A stretch of DNA of 64,000 nt from Phycisphaeraceae bacterium. GTDB taxonomy: Bacteria; Planctomycetota; Phycisphaerae; Phycisphaerales; Phycisphaeraceae. Below are positions 20,162 through 29,989 of the stretch, one piece after another. The position numbers were made by a program, and so were the translations under genes. How positions within the stretch are numbered: the first letter of the stretch is position 1; each line of letters begins with the position of its first letter. The notes under the pieces were generated by a model. The model ran no database searches, was not told the DNA's origin, and saw only the letters and a list, made by a program, of their open reading frames with translations. The DNA is taken from NCBI GenBank assembly GCA_963674705.1, contig OY771506.1, positions 3,552,001 through 3,616,000 on the forward strand, given 5' to 3'.

Positions 20162-20581
20162 ATGAATGAGAACCAACTAACGATGGCACAACAGGTGGCT
20201 CGTGCGGCCAGCGCTTACCAGTTGCGACGAACCGGACATGCCCCGAAAGCGGTGTCGGTCGTCCTGAGTGAAGGAACGCTGGTAATCACGCTTCACGGTG
20301 CTCTTACGCCGGCAGAACAGGCCTTGGCCATGAACCCCGAAGGCGCCGCACAGGTGCAGGATTTTCACCGCCAGCTCTTCGCCAACTCCTCGGATTCGCT
20401 CAGGCAGGAGATCAAGCGTATCACCGGGGTGGATGTGCGGGAAGCGGCATCGGAAGTCGAAACTTCCACCGGGACCGTGGTACACGCCTTTACCAGCGGC
20501 ACGATGGTCCAGGTGTTCCTGATGGCTGAAAACCTGACCGCGGAAACATGGAACGAAACTGTGGACATTAGGCAACCCTGA
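20162..20581 (+). CDS. DUF2294 (MpsC-family) protein
   Basis: RTGHAPKAVSVVL...LHGALTPAE...IKRITGVDV pattern. Confidence 0.8.
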   Translation: MNENQLTMAQQVARAASAYQLRRTGHAPKAVSVVLSEGTLVITLHGALTPAEQALAMNPEGAAQVQDFHRQLFANSSDSLRQEIKRITGVDVREAASEVETSTGTVVHAFTSGTMVQVFLMAENLTAETWNETVDIRQP

Positions 20582-20697
20582 CACCGGAGACCTGAGGATG
20601 GCGACGTATTCAATTGAACGACCTTGCGATACAGCCGGAATCCACGCGTGGATTGACGGCCCCTGGGAATCGCGCCGCGCTGCCATTTGTGCCGGTC

Positions 20698-20787
20698 ATG
20701 CCCCCGGCGTTCTCGTCCGACGACATCGTTCGGCGCGCGTTCGACATCTACGTCAAGAAGGGCCGCCAACAGGAGACCGCGACATGA
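20698..20787 (+). pseudogene. truncated DUF2934-like remnant
   Basis: SSDDIVRRAFDIYVKKGRQQ, then an early stop; compare HDDISRRAYEIYIRSG at 26301. Confidence 0.55.
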
Positions 20788-20905
20788 AAGCTTGACGCTT
20801 GCTCGGCTAACAACATCACAATGCGGGGCTGGCGTGATACTGGATCGAAGTGATCACCTGGCGCGAGGTAACTAGGACTACAAGGGCACTACCTGAAAGG
20901 AAACG

Positions 20906-22480
20906 ATGATGGACCAACTCAATCAGCTTATGGTCGAGTTCTGGCAATATTTGCCGTATCTCGTTGGGGGCATTGCCGTCTTGGTGGTCGGTTGGATCGT
21001 GGCCTGGCTTGCAGGGAGTCTCACCCGCAGGTTGGTCAGTCGGACGCGCGTGGAGGACCGGCTCGGCGCGGCTATTAACAAGCAGTCCGGCGAGCGGACG
21101 CGACTTGCCCATTGGTTGGGCACATTGGTGTTTTGGATCATCCTGGCGATAACTCTGATCGGCGCATTGTCTGTCTTACAGCTGGCAGCGATTTCTGACT
21201 CGCTTCGTCAGGCCGTCGATGAGGTATTGCGGTATGTGCCGCAGTTGATTGCCGCGGGCATTTTGCTGCTGGCGGCTTGGCTCACGGCTGAAGTCCTGCG
21301 CTGGATCATCGTGAAGGCGTTGGAAAAGGCCAACCTGGGGCATCGACTCGGTGCCGCAGGCGGCAGCGTAACCAGAGCAGTGGGGCAGGAGTCGTCTAAA
21401 GTCACCGTGTCGCCGGAGGGTCAAAGCAGTGCAGTGACTGATTCCCATGACCTCGCTAAGACAATTGGCGATGTCGTGTACTGGACGGTGTTCCTCCTGT
21501 TCCTTCCCGCGATTCTTGGAGCTTTATCGCTCCAAGGCATTCTGGGACCGGTGCAGAGCATGGTGGATAAAGTTCTGGCCTTCCTACCCAACATCCTGGT
21601 CGCTGCGGTCATCTTGGGATTGGGCTGGTTCTTCGCGAGCATTCTCAGGCGGGTTGTCATTGGAATTCTGACCGCGTTCGGGGCAGACCGGTTGGGCAAT
21701 CGGATCGGGCTGAAGGCCGAGGATGGGAGGTCGGGGTCGATTTCTCACGTCGTAGGTTGGACGGTGTTCCTCCTGATATTGATTCCAGTGTTTCTCGCCG
21801 CACTTGATGCGTTGCGGTTGCAGTCGCTGACCCAGCCGACAAGCGAGATGCTCGCCCGAATCCTCAACGCGGTTCCGTCCATCTTCGCGGCCACTCTGGT
21901 GCTGGTGATCGCCTACGTCTTAGGCCGTATTATCAGCCAATTGGTAACGAAAATTCTGGAATCGGCGAAGTTTGACGCCTTGCCGGTAAAGCTGGGGCTG
22001 GGCGAAATGACGCCACAGTCGCAATGGGCGCCATCGAAGATGGCAGGCAGCCTGGTGTTGATCGCAATCCTGTTGTTCGCGACGATGACAAGCCTGGAAC
22101 TGCTGGGATTCGTGCAACTCTCGGCCATAATGACGAGTTTTCTGTATCTGGCGGGGCGCATTCTGCTGGGGCTGACGATCTTCGCGCTGGGGTTGTTTCT
22201 GGCCAGGATCGTCGGGCGCGCCATCACCAGTCGGGAGCACGAGTATGCATCTATCTGGTCATTGACGGCGCGAATTGCGATCCTTTTCCTAGCCGGCGCC
22301 ATGGCACTTCGCCAGATGGGCCTGGCGGACGAGATCATCTCTTTGGCTTTCGGCTTGACGTTTGGCGCCATGGCGGTAGCGGCGGCCATCGCCTTCGGGC
22401 TGGGCGGGCGCGACCTCGCGGGGCGGAAGCTTGAAGAATGGGAACAGCACCTTCGTGAGAGGCAGGAAGAGTCCAAATGA
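20906..22480 (+). CDS. mechanosensitive-channel TM-helix repeat protein (CmpX/MscS-like)
   Basis: Repeated YLP/YVP/FLP/AVP TM-helix units; C-terminal AIAFGLGGRD. Confidence 0.8.
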   Translation: MMDQLNQLMVEFWQYLPYLVGGIAVLVVGWIVAWLAGSLTRRLVSRTRVEDRLGAAINKQSGERTRLAHWLGTLVFWIILAITLIGALSVLQLAAISDSLRQAVDEVLRYVPQLIAAGILLLAAWLTAEVLRWIIVKALEKANLGHRLGAAGGSVTRAVGQESSKVTVSPEGQSSAVTDSHDLAKTIGDVVYWTVFLLFLPAILGALSLQGILGPVQSMVDKVLAFLPNILVAAVILGLGWFFASILRRVVIGILTAFGADRLGNRIGLKAEDGRSGSISHVVGWTVFLLILIPVFLAALDALRLQSLTQPTSEMLARILNAVPSIFAATLVLVIAYVLGRIISQLVTKILESAKFDALPVKLGLGEMTPQSQWAPSKMAGSLVLIAILLFATMTSLELLGFVQLSAIMTSFLYLAGRILLGLTIFALGLFLARIVGRAITSREHEYASIWSLTARIAILFLAGAMALRQMGLADEIISLAFGLTFGAMAVAAAIAFGLGGRDLAGRKLEEWEQHLRERQEESK

Positions 22481-22652
22481 GAATCGGATTGGATACAGGG
22501 AGACAGATGCCGCAGGGCACGGATGGATCGTGAATGAGCCGATCCATCCGCCGACGACGATCGAAGCCGCGACCGAGATTCAATGAAATACTCCAACGGG
22601 ATGAATCCTGTTGGCTTGATCGAGACCAACGAACCGTATTAAGGAACATGAA

Positions 22653-23483
22653 ATGACCCGTAACCCGATTCAGATCGTGACCCTGACCGCCGCCCTTGGC
22701 TTGCTTGGCGTATTCGCCATGGGTCAGACTCAAACTACCAGCCCGCCGGACATCGGTGCTGGACAAGGATACAAGTCCGCCGACGATTCCACCGTGAAGC
22801 CCGGCAAGCACGCTGATGGCATGAGGGAACATATGAAGGGCATGATGGAGAATATGCCGGATGACACGAAGATGCGCTGTCAGATGCAGATGAACATGGT
22901 GGTCAGTCCCAGCGACCCGAGCGCCATCCTGGCCCTGAAGGATCAACTCCTACTCACCACAGACCAGACCACGGAGTTGGATGCCATCATCAAGGAGGCG
23001 CGGACCCAAGCGGTTGCCGTGCTCAATGCCGACCAGCAAACAATGTTGAACACTCTGCCGCAGACACCTCATACGATGAAAGTTCTGCACGAGAAAATGA
23101 TCAGCCAGATGCAACCGATGAGGACAACGACACCGAGCAACAAGCCAATGGATTGTCCCGTGATGCAGATGATGCGGGATCAGGCCTCGTCAACGACGCT
23201 GCCAATATCCGGCTCACCGTCTATGGCGCCGACTGATAAGACAGCCATTGAACCCAAAACCGCCACCGATGTCTTGGACAGCGGTGACGCTAACACGGCC
23301 AAGGCGGCTACGCTCCTCAGCCAACTCGAGCAATACACCACCGATAACAAGATCGATCTTGCCGAGAAGACACTCAACCAACTCGACGGGATGGAAGGAT
23401 TGCTCCCCGCATCACTCCAGAGCCAGATCGAGACCGCTCGGACGGCACTGAAAGCGAAACAAGCGGCGGCAACCATGTACTAG
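22653..23483 (+). CDS. secreted Met-rich protein with LTxxQ (Spy/CpxP-like) motifs
   Basis: Signal peptide; LLLTTDQ, VLNADQQ; C-terminal domain shared with the next gene. Confidence 0.65.
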   Translation: MTRNPIQIVTLTAALGLLGVFAMGQTQTTSPPDIGAGQGYKSADDSTVKPGKHADGMREHMKGMMENMPDDTKMRCQMQMNMVVSPSDPSAILALKDQLLLTTDQTTELDAIIKEARTQAVAVLNADQQTMLNTLPQTPHTMKVLHEKMISQMQPMRTTTPSNKPMDCPVMQMMRDQASSTTLPISGSPSMAPTDKTAIEPKTATDVLDSGDANTAKAATLLSQLEQYTTDNKIDLAEKTLNQLDGMEGLLPASLQSQIETARTALKAKQAAATMY

Positions 23484-23605
23484 TCGTGATACGAACTTGA
23501 TTCGACGGCCTCAGCTTAACCTAGATGTCGCATGACTACGCGTCGTAATACTCAGATTTTTCGCGCATGTTACTGAAACACATTAACCGCAAAGAAACAA
23601 GGAAC

Positions 23606-24202
23606 ATGACAATGTCTCGCCACCTGATTGTGACCGTGATTCTAGCCACCACCATGCTTGTCGGCTGCGGCCGCGAGGAACCCAAGTCGACACCGCAGAC
23701 CAAAGCCGCCGCATCTCGCAGCGCTGTGGAGGATGCGGCCGCTAAGGCCGCAATCGATACAAAGAAGGCAGCGGACGCCAAAATCGCTGCTGATACAAAA
23801 ACGGCCACTGCCGTAAAGGTGGCTGCTGATCGGGCCGCAGCCGACACAAAGAGCGCGGCAGACGCAAAGATCGCCGCGGATCTCAAGGCCGCTGAAGTTG
23901 CCAAGGCTGATGCCGATCAGGCAGCCGCCGACGCCAAAGCCGCACTCGATCAAAAGACGGCCGCCGATGTTAAGGCCGCCGCAGAGGTTAAAGCGGCCTC
24001 TGATCAAGCTACAGCAGAGGCGAATTCGCTTCTCACGCAGGTACAGCAGTACATCAAGGACAACAAGTACGAGCTTGCGGAGCAGACACTCGACAAACTC
24101 GACGGCATGAAAGGCTCGCTACCGGTATCGCTCCAGAACCAGATCGAAACCGCACGGACAGCCCTCAAGGCAAAACAAGTAGCCGGAATACTGCCGAAGT
24201 GA
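23606..24202 (+). CDS. Ala/Lys/Asp-rich lipoprotein
   Basis: Lipobox LVGC; AADAKIAAD repeats. Confidence 0.75.
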   Translation: MTMSRHLIVTVILATTMLVGCGREEPKSTPQTKAAASRSAVEDAAAKAAIDTKKAADAKIAADTKTATAVKVAADRAAADTKSAADAKIAADLKAAEVAKADADQAAADAKAALDQKTAADVKAAAEVKAASDQATAEANSLLTQVQQYIKDNKYELAEQTLDKLDGMKGSLPVSLQNQIETARTALKAKQVAGILPK

Positions 24203-24287
24203 TTTGGATAAGTGTTGGCAAATACTGCTTGCTTTGATTCATCTTGGGCGTAAGAACTGCCCAGATACCAACCTTGGAAGACACACC

Positions 24288-25172
24288 ATGAAGGACCATG
24301 ACATCCAACGAGATCCAGAAAGCATATTAACGGCTCCTAATAATGGATCAAGAAGGTCCGTATCGGACAATCCACCTCAGACGCCGAATGCCGGATCGCA
24401 TCACGCGATTAAGCAGCGGATGACGGAGGCCGAACAGCGGGCTATACAGCTGTGTAAATTAGCCGTCGAGCTGAAACAAGACAATGCGCGGGATCGCCGG
24501 GACCTGGCCCGGGTTCTGCGTGACGACCTCCAGCAGACGCTGGTGGCGGCTTACCTGTGGGTCAGGATGACAAGGACGAAGGACACGGAGCAAGCATTGA
24601 AAGAGGCCCTTGAACCCGTGGAAGAATTGATCAGTCAAGGCCTTGTCACCCTGCGCTCGCTGGCCAGTCAATTGAGCCCTCAGCTTCTCTATGAGAGCAG
24701 CTTCGTCTCGGCCCTGGCGTGGCTGGCTCGTGAGGCGCAGGCAATGCATGGCATGGAGGTCAGCATCAGTGCAGATCCACATGTCGAGCCAAGCACTCAA
24801 GAGGTGCGTTCCGTCCTGTTCCGCGGCGTTAAGGAACTGCTGTTCAACAACGTCAAGCACACACCGGTACGGACCATATCGATCACGGTCATACGGGCTG
24901 TGGATAAGCTGCGCGTGACCGTGGATGGCCGGGGCGTAGGTTTTAATCCCACCGGATCTGAAAACACAGCCGACGGAGGTTTCAGCTTGATTTTGATACG
25001 TGAATGCCTGACCTATCTGGGTGGGAGCCTGGAGTTGAATGACACTCCCGGGCATGGGACCCGGGCCGAGTTTGTAATCCCGCAAGAACCACGAGAACAC
25101 AAAACAAGCATGCCTAGATTAGTAGCTAAAGCCTGTGTGGCGCAAAACAGTACACATCATTGTAAGGAATAA
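24288..25172 (+). CDS. HisKA_3/HATPase_c histidine-kinase-like protein lacking the catalytic His
   Basis: LARVLRDDLQQ, ELLFNNVKH, GRGVGF, GFSL..IRE, PGHGT. Confidence 0.7.
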   Translation: MKDHDIQRDPESILTAPNNGSRRSVSDNPPQTPNAGSHHAIKQRMTEAEQRAIQLCKLAVELKQDNARDRRDLARVLRDDLQQTLVAAYLWVRMTRTKDTEQALKEALEPVEELISQGLVTLRSLASQLSPQLLYESSFVSALAWLAREAQAMHGMEVSISADPHVEPSTQEVRSVLFRGVKELLFNNVKHTPVRTISITVIRAVDKLRVTVDGRGVGFNPTGSENTADGGFSLILIRECLTYLGGSLELNDTPGHGTRAEFVIPQEPREHKTSMPRLVAKACVAQNSTHHCKE

Positions 25173-25176
25173 AGAT

Positions 25177-25719
25177 ATGACGGATCACAACTCGGTCGTA
25201 GGTATTTTCGAATCGCACAAAGCCGCCGAAGACGCAGTTAAGGAATTACAGCGCAGCGGAATGAACATCAAGAAACTGTCACTCGTCGGAAAGGACTACC
25301 ACACCGATCAGCACGTGGTCGGGTACTACAACACGGGCGACCGTGTGATGTACTGGGGCAAGCAGGGCGCCTTCTGGGGCGGCATCTGGGGGCTGCTGTT
25401 CGGGTCGGCGTTCTTTTTTATCCCCGGGATCGGGCCGTTGGTAATTGCCGGCCCGCTGGTCAGCATGATCGTGGGTGCGATGGAGGGCGCCGCGGTTGTT
25501 GGTGGTCTTAGCGCTGTGGGTGCGGGGCTGTACAGCATGGGCGTCCCCAAGGACAGCATCATCAAGTACGAGACCGCCATCAAAGGCGGCAAGTTTGTCC
25601 TGGTCTACCACGGCACGCATGAAGAAGTCGAGAAGACACATGTGATCCTCGATCGTGCCGAAGCCGTGGAAACATCGTTGCACTTGTATGAGCCGGAGAC
25701 AAGCGCGTTGACACAATGA
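25177..25719 (+). CDS. general stress membrane protein (DUF1269/YflT-like)
   Basis: VVGIFESHKAAEDAVKEL; GAFWGGIWGLL; IPGIGP; MGVPKD. Confidence 0.75.
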   Translation: MTDHNSVVGIFESHKAAEDAVKELQRSGMNIKKLSLVGKDYHTDQHVVGYYNTGDRVMYWGKQGAFWGGIWGLLFGSAFFFIPGIGPLVIAGPLVSMIVGAMEGAAVVGGLSAVGAGLYSMGVPKDSIIKYETAIKGGKFVLVYHGTHEEVEKTHVILDRAEAVETSLHLYEPETSALTQ

Positions 25720-25815
25720 CCGCATAGGGTGCATCACTGTCACCCGTCCAGGATCAGGACTTGAACGTGTAGAAACTGGTATGAACGGATTCACCCAATG
25801 TAAGGAGGCAGCATC

Positions 25816-26112
25816 ATGTTGGTGTTATCCCGAAGAAGCCATGAATCGGTGATGGTCGAAAACCCTGACGGTTCGGGTTCCACACTCAAAGTCACAGTAT
25901 TAAGGTCCAGGGATGGCGAGGTCACACTGGGCTTTGAAAGCCCGGTCCGACTCGCCATTATCCGAAAGGAGGACTGGAACCGGATCCGTAACAATGTCCT
26001 GGAAAACTATCCATCCAATTTCCCTCGTCGCAAGAAATTACGGACAACGGTCCGCCGCGACGTTCAAAGCGACCGCCTCTTGTACAAATCATATACATCG
26101 AAAGGAAACTGA
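25816..26112 (+). CDS. csrA: carbon storage regulator CsrA-like protein
   Basis: MLVLSRRSHESVMV...VTLGFESPVRLAIIRKE. Confidence 0.8.
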   Translation: MLVLSRRSHESVMVENPDGSGSTLKVTVLRSRDGEVTLGFESPVRLAIIRKEDWNRIRNNVLENYPSNFPRRKKLRTTVRRDVQSDRLLYKSYTSKGN

Positions 26113-26114
26113 TC

Positions 26115-26267
26115 ATGTTATGGACTATTGCAGTCATTACCGTCATGTTATGGTTACTTGGATTACTCACCTCTCACACGTTCGGCGGTGTTCTTCACAT
26201 CCTGCTTGTGATCGCATTGGTCACGGTGGTTATTCAAGTAATCCAGAATCGAAGAATATCGGCGTAG
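26115..26267 (+). CDS. lmo0937-family small membrane protein (not in the ORF track)
   Basis: MLWTIAVITVMLWLLGLLTSHTFGGVLHILLVIALVTVVIQVIQNRRISA; RBS AAAGGA. Confidence 0.85.
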   Translation: MLWTIAVITVMLWLLGLLTSHTFGGVLHILLVIALVTVVIQVIQNRRISA

Positions 26268-26300
26268 AACGGTTATACACATATTTAATGGGCATGTGAT

Positions 26301-26507
26301 ATGAAGACAAACAAGAAACAATCAGAGACATCCATGCGTTCAGCCTCGCGTCAGGAGTATCACTTCCCGCAAGCCGGAGTCCTCAAGCCATCTCACGACG
26401 ATATCAGCCGTCGCGCATATGAGATCTATATAAGAAGTGGCTTCATTCAGGGCCGGTGTCAGCATAACTGGCATCAAGCGGAGTGCGAACTGCAAAGGAA
26501 CAAATAG
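26301..26507 (+). CDS. DUF2934 domain protein
   Basis: ISRRAYEIY...NWHQAECEL. Confidence 0.8.
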   Translation: MKTNKKQSETSMRSASRQEYHFPQAGVLKPSHDDISRRAYEIYIRSGFIQGRCQHNWHQAECELQRNK

Positions 26508-26658
26508 AAGGAGCAAAAACCGGCGATAAGTCAGCCTATGGCACCCGAGGCAAATGTCGGTCTACAACCAGGCGGAAACGGTCGCCGGCCTTATGGGGAG
26601 AAGAGGCCGGTGCCTCCCGCCTGGTGAATACTTGAAGTGTATAGAAAGGAAACCCCTT

Positions 26659-26823
26659 ATGGGACTGATTCTGCTCATCATCGTGATTCTATTGCTTGTT
26701 GGGGCTCTGCCCAGGTGGGGGCACAGCCGGAATTGGGGGTACTACCCCAGTGGTAGCTTAGGACTGGTTCTTATGATCCTGGTTGTGCTGTTACTGATGG
26801 GGTATCTGCCCAGGGGTTTTTGA
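26659..26823 (+). CDS. DUF3309 family small membrane protein
   Basis: LLVGALPRWGHSRNWGYYPSG. Confidence 0.88.
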   Translation: MGLILLIIVILLLVGALPRWGHSRNWGYYPSGSLGLVLMILVVLLLMGYLPRGF

Positions 26824-26877
26824 ACGACCAACCCCGTATCAGATCCGATTCTCAACATGCCCTAATAAAGGTGACCT

Positions 26878-27114
26878 ATGAAAACCATATTGATTCTGTT
26901 TGTTCTAATCATTGTAGTCGGTGTGGGCTTGGGCTATTACCGGGGCTGGTTCAATGTATCTTCAGACAACACTGAGGGCACTCACAACGTTACCGTGTCG
27001 GTGGACGCCGGCAAGATCAAGGCCGACAAGGACGAAGCGGTAGACAAGGTACAAGACCTGGGACGCAAATCGGAGGACAAGGCCGAACCAACGCCCAAGA
27101 CGGGGCAGGAATAA
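26878..27114 (+). CDS. small membrane-anchored hypothetical protein
   Basis: TM helix followed by GYYRGWF...VDAGKIKADK. Confidence 0.7.
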   Translation: MKTILILFVLIIVVGVGLGYYRGWFNVSSDNTEGTHNVTVSVDAGKIKADKDEAVDKVQDLGRKSEDKAEPTPKTGQE

Positions 27115-27275
27115 ACCGCTCCAGTACAGAAGTACCACAGGCAAGATTGGATCAACGGATCCACGGCCACCCCAAATAAAAACTCTGCACTAACGTAGAT
27201 CGCAGGATACTGAATGAAACCGGTGAGTCTGGCTGACCAGGCCCCCTGTCAAACAAGCGAAGAAGTAAGCAAACT

Positions 27276-27992
27276 ATGAAATCAACTCTCACCATCATGG
27301 CGACGGGTACCATCCTTGTTGCCGCTGGATACACCTCGGCCATGTCCCTGTCTGGCGACGTAAATATGGTTCACTCGCCCGTCTCCGTACAGGATGGCGA
27401 CCGGACCAACAACCATAAGGCACTGCTCTTCACTGAGCAGAACAATACCGCCCTTGGCGGTAACCTTAAAGTCGAGGCTTACCTCCCAGGCAAATATGAT
27501 GGCTTGGCTGCCACGGCAGGCCGTACACTCGCCGCGGGACGCACGGTCAGCAGCTACATGCTCCATGCCGATGTCGATTCTGATGGCGTTACGCCTGTAA
27601 TGATGACAGGCAGCATCAGCTTCAACGAGAAGATCCTGGGTGTGATCTTTGGGAACTTCGATGCCAGCGACGCCCTCTTGGGAGCCCCAGGCACCTCATA
27701 CGAGTCAACCAGCGGTCACGGGCTGGACTTCAACGATCCCAATGGTGATATGTTCCGCATCAGCAAGAACCGCATGCGGTTTGACTTCAGCTTCACTGTC
27801 AGCGGCATCACCGACCAGATCCGTATCATCACCGCAGGCAATACCACCCCGTCGGATTCGAGCGGGAACCCGATCCCTGAGCCGGTTACAACGACGCTGT
27901 TGGCCATGGGTCTTGGTGGCTTGACACTGCGCCGCCGGCACATCGAAGGATCGACAAAACGTTTGAACGTGACTCGTACAGCGCCTACATAA
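27276..27992 (+). CDS. PEP-CTERM sorting-domain protein
   Basis: Signal peptide; IPEPVTTTLLAMGLGGLTLRRR. Confidence 0.85.
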   Translation: MKSTLTIMATGTILVAAGYTSAMSLSGDVNMVHSPVSVQDGDRTNNHKALLFTEQNNTALGGNLKVEAYLPGKYDGLAATAGRTLAAGRTVSSYMLHADVDSDGVTPVMMTGSISFNEKILGVIFGNFDASDALLGAPGTSYESTSGHGLDFNDPNGDMFRISKNRMRFDFSFTVSGITDQIRIITAGNTTPSDSSGNPIPEPVTTTLLAMGLGGLTLRRRHIEGSTKRLNVTRTAPT

Positions 27993-28024
27993 AAAAAGGG
28001 ACAGCCAACTCAAAGGAGGACGGC

Positions 28025-28267
28025 ATGTACAAAATGAAACATTTATCCCCTGGGTCAAGAACTCACGGACGGCAGCCACACACTTCGGGAGTGATGTCCT
28101 ACCGCCAGATCGCTGAGGTCCTCGAAGAGCTCGAAGGCGAACCGATCAGCGCGGACCGCGTGGCACATATCTGCAGGGAAGCCGAATGGAAAATCGTGGA
28201 TGCGGTAGAAGCAGACCCTATGCTCGGCAAAAGATTCAGGTCGGTACTAGATGTGAACACCAATTGA
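28025..28267 (+). CDS. small protein resembling a stand-alone sigma70 region-4 HTH
   Basis: MSYRQIAEVL...ISADRVAHICREAEWKI; RBS AAGGAGG. Confidence 0.55.
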   Translation: MYKMKHLSPGSRTHGRQPHTSGVMSYRQIAEVLEELEGEPISADRVAHICREAEWKIVDAVEADPMLGKRFRSVLDVNTN

Positions 28268-28357
28268 GGTGTTCGCGGCATCTGAGTATGTATATCTCAA
28301 ATGTAAAGTAGTTTGCTGTCAATGTTCATGTCCGTCGCACAACGTTTGGAATTTACC

Positions 28358-28576
28358 ATGAGTATTCAAAAAATAAGTGGGTTCGTCCTTTTTATAATTG
28401 GTGTAATCCTGTTGATCAACGGGATGGACACGTCAGGCTCTGTGACTGATCGGCTGAGCAACATATTTACCGGGCACTTCACTGAAGCCACGACGTGGTA
28501 CATCATTTCTGGTATCGCTTCTGTGGTCGGGGGCCTGATGCTGTTTTTGCTCGGTAGCCGCAAGGCCCTGGTGTGA
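28358..28576 (+). CDS. DUF3185 family membrane protein
   Basis: SVTDRLSNIFTGHFTEATTWYIISG. Confidence 0.75.
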   Translation: MSIQKISGFVLFIIGVILLINGMDTSGSVTDRLSNIFTGHFTEATTWYIISGIASVVGGLMLFLLGSRKALV

Positions 28577-28715
28577 GTTTCAAGTCGATCCGTCGCGATC
28601 GGTCGGACGGTGCGGATTGGTCGCCGGAAACGTATCCGGCGGCATGGATTCAAGACAAAAATCGCTACCCGGACCTTGTCCGTGTGGCGTCAGAATGACT
28701 TTGAAAGGTCATGCT

Positions 28716-29264
28716 ATGAAAAAGTATCATATGTCATTAATGTTAGCTGGCATGATCGTTTTGCTGGCACTAAGTGCCTGTTCCACAGCGCCCAGTTCGG
28801 TGGCAGGCAAAGCCGACATCGAATCAGATGCAGCGGTGGCGCTGGCCAAGGCTAAGAAAGCCGATACCACTCTGATCAAGGTATTCGATTCGGCCGCAGG
28901 TTACGCGGTGTTCCCATCGGTCGGAAAAGGGGCCATTGGGGTTGGAGGAGCGTACGGTAAGGGCGTGCTCTACGAGCGAGGCGTCGCCGTGGGCTACTGC
29001 GACCTCAGCCAGGCATCGATCGGCTTGCAACTCGGTGGGCAAGCGTACACGGAGATCATCGCGTTTGAAACCAAAGCGGCCGTTAAGACCTTCAAAGAGG
29101 GCAAGTTCCGCTTCGACGCCCAAGCCTCGGCCGTGGCATTGAAGTCAGGCGCTGGGGCGAATGCCAAGTATACAAACGGTGTGGCTGTCTTCACGATGGA
29201 CGAGGCGGGCCTGATGTATGAGGCCTCCATCGGCGGACAGAAGTTCAGCTACCAGGCCAAGTAA
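28716..29264 (+). CDS. YSC84/SYLF lipid-binding lipoprotein
   Basis: Lipobox LSAC; AVFPSVGKGAIGVGGAYGKG; GLMYEASIGGQKF. Confidence 0.85.
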   Translation: MKKYHMSLMLAGMIVLLALSACSTAPSSVAGKADIESDAAVALAKAKKADTTLIKVFDSAAGYAVFPSVGKGAIGVGGAYGKGVLYERGVAVGYCDLSQASIGLQLGGQAYTEIIAFETKAAVKTFKEGKFRFDAQASAVALKSGAGANAKYTNGVAVFTMDEAGLMYEASIGGQKFSYQAK

Positions 29265-29333
29265 CCAGCCACTTCGACCGTCCGGAACCGTTCCCGGGCG
29301 GCGATGTTCTGAGCTGTCAAAAAGGAGACGACC

Positions 29334-29471
29334 ATGAATATGCACAAGATTATGATCGCGGTAACACTGCTTGCGGTACTGACAGTCACGTTGTCGTTGA
29401 CCGCATGCAACACATGGAAGGGAGCCGGTAAGGACGTTGAGAGGACGGGCGAAGTCATGCAGGGCGAATGA
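29334..29471 (+). CDS. entericidin A/B family lipoprotein (not in the ORF track)
   Basis: LTACNTWKGAGKDVERTGE; RBS AAGGAG. Confidence 0.85.
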   Translation: MNMHKIMIAVTLLAVLTVTLSLTACNTWKGAGKDVERTGEVMQGE

Positions 29472-29544
29472 TCATCCGCAGTAAATCGCGGATTCATTGC
29501 AGCTTATAAGCATGTACAACCAGCACGTCATTGCTGCTGTAACC

Positions 29545-29572
29545 TTGACTTGTACGCATTGACCGCTATTAT
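29545..29572 (+). promoter_or_regulatory. putative promoter of leader RNA copy 2
   Basis: TTGACT-N16-TATTAT. Confidence 0.65.
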
Positions 29573-29578
29573 TGACCG

Positions 29579-29722
29579 AGTCAAGGAGTCAATATTTTAC
29601 ACGTATACGACTCCAACTTCGGATGACTAGCTAAGGGGCAGGTCGCAAACGGCGACAGGCCCGTTGAAGAGTAAGCCGATGTGGTTCAGCACTAAAGGTG
29701 CCGTGCCACGTCGGCTTTTTTT
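29579..29722 (+). ncRNA. structured leader/attenuator RNA, copy 2 (most divergent)
   Basis: GGAGTC/GACTCC; CGGATGACTAG; GGGCAGGTCGC..GCGACAGGCCC; terminator followed by T7. Confidence 0.8.
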
Positions 29723-29743
29723 GTTTCGCTGATTTAGTCAGCA

Positions 29744-29926
29744 ATGACTGGCTCTAGAACAATGACAAGAGGATTGGCAACCCGACAAATCCGAAACCTG
29801 CCGGTAATCGATACCGCAGGTGCCGTGATCGGTATGATCTCGCTTGGGGACCTGGATGCCCACGACCTCGGCGGCCAGCTGTTGGAGAATCACTATCTGA
29901 AGAAGTATCTCTACGCCCGCAATTAA
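29744..29926 (+). pseudogene. C-terminal fragment of a CBS-domain protein
   Basis: RQIRNLPVIDTAGAVIGMISLGDL; only one partial CBS repeat. Confidence 0.65.
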
Positions 29927-29989
29927 TCTTGTACTCAATCAGTTGAGACAAAGCCGCCTATAACACCTTCACACTTATGGATTATATCA

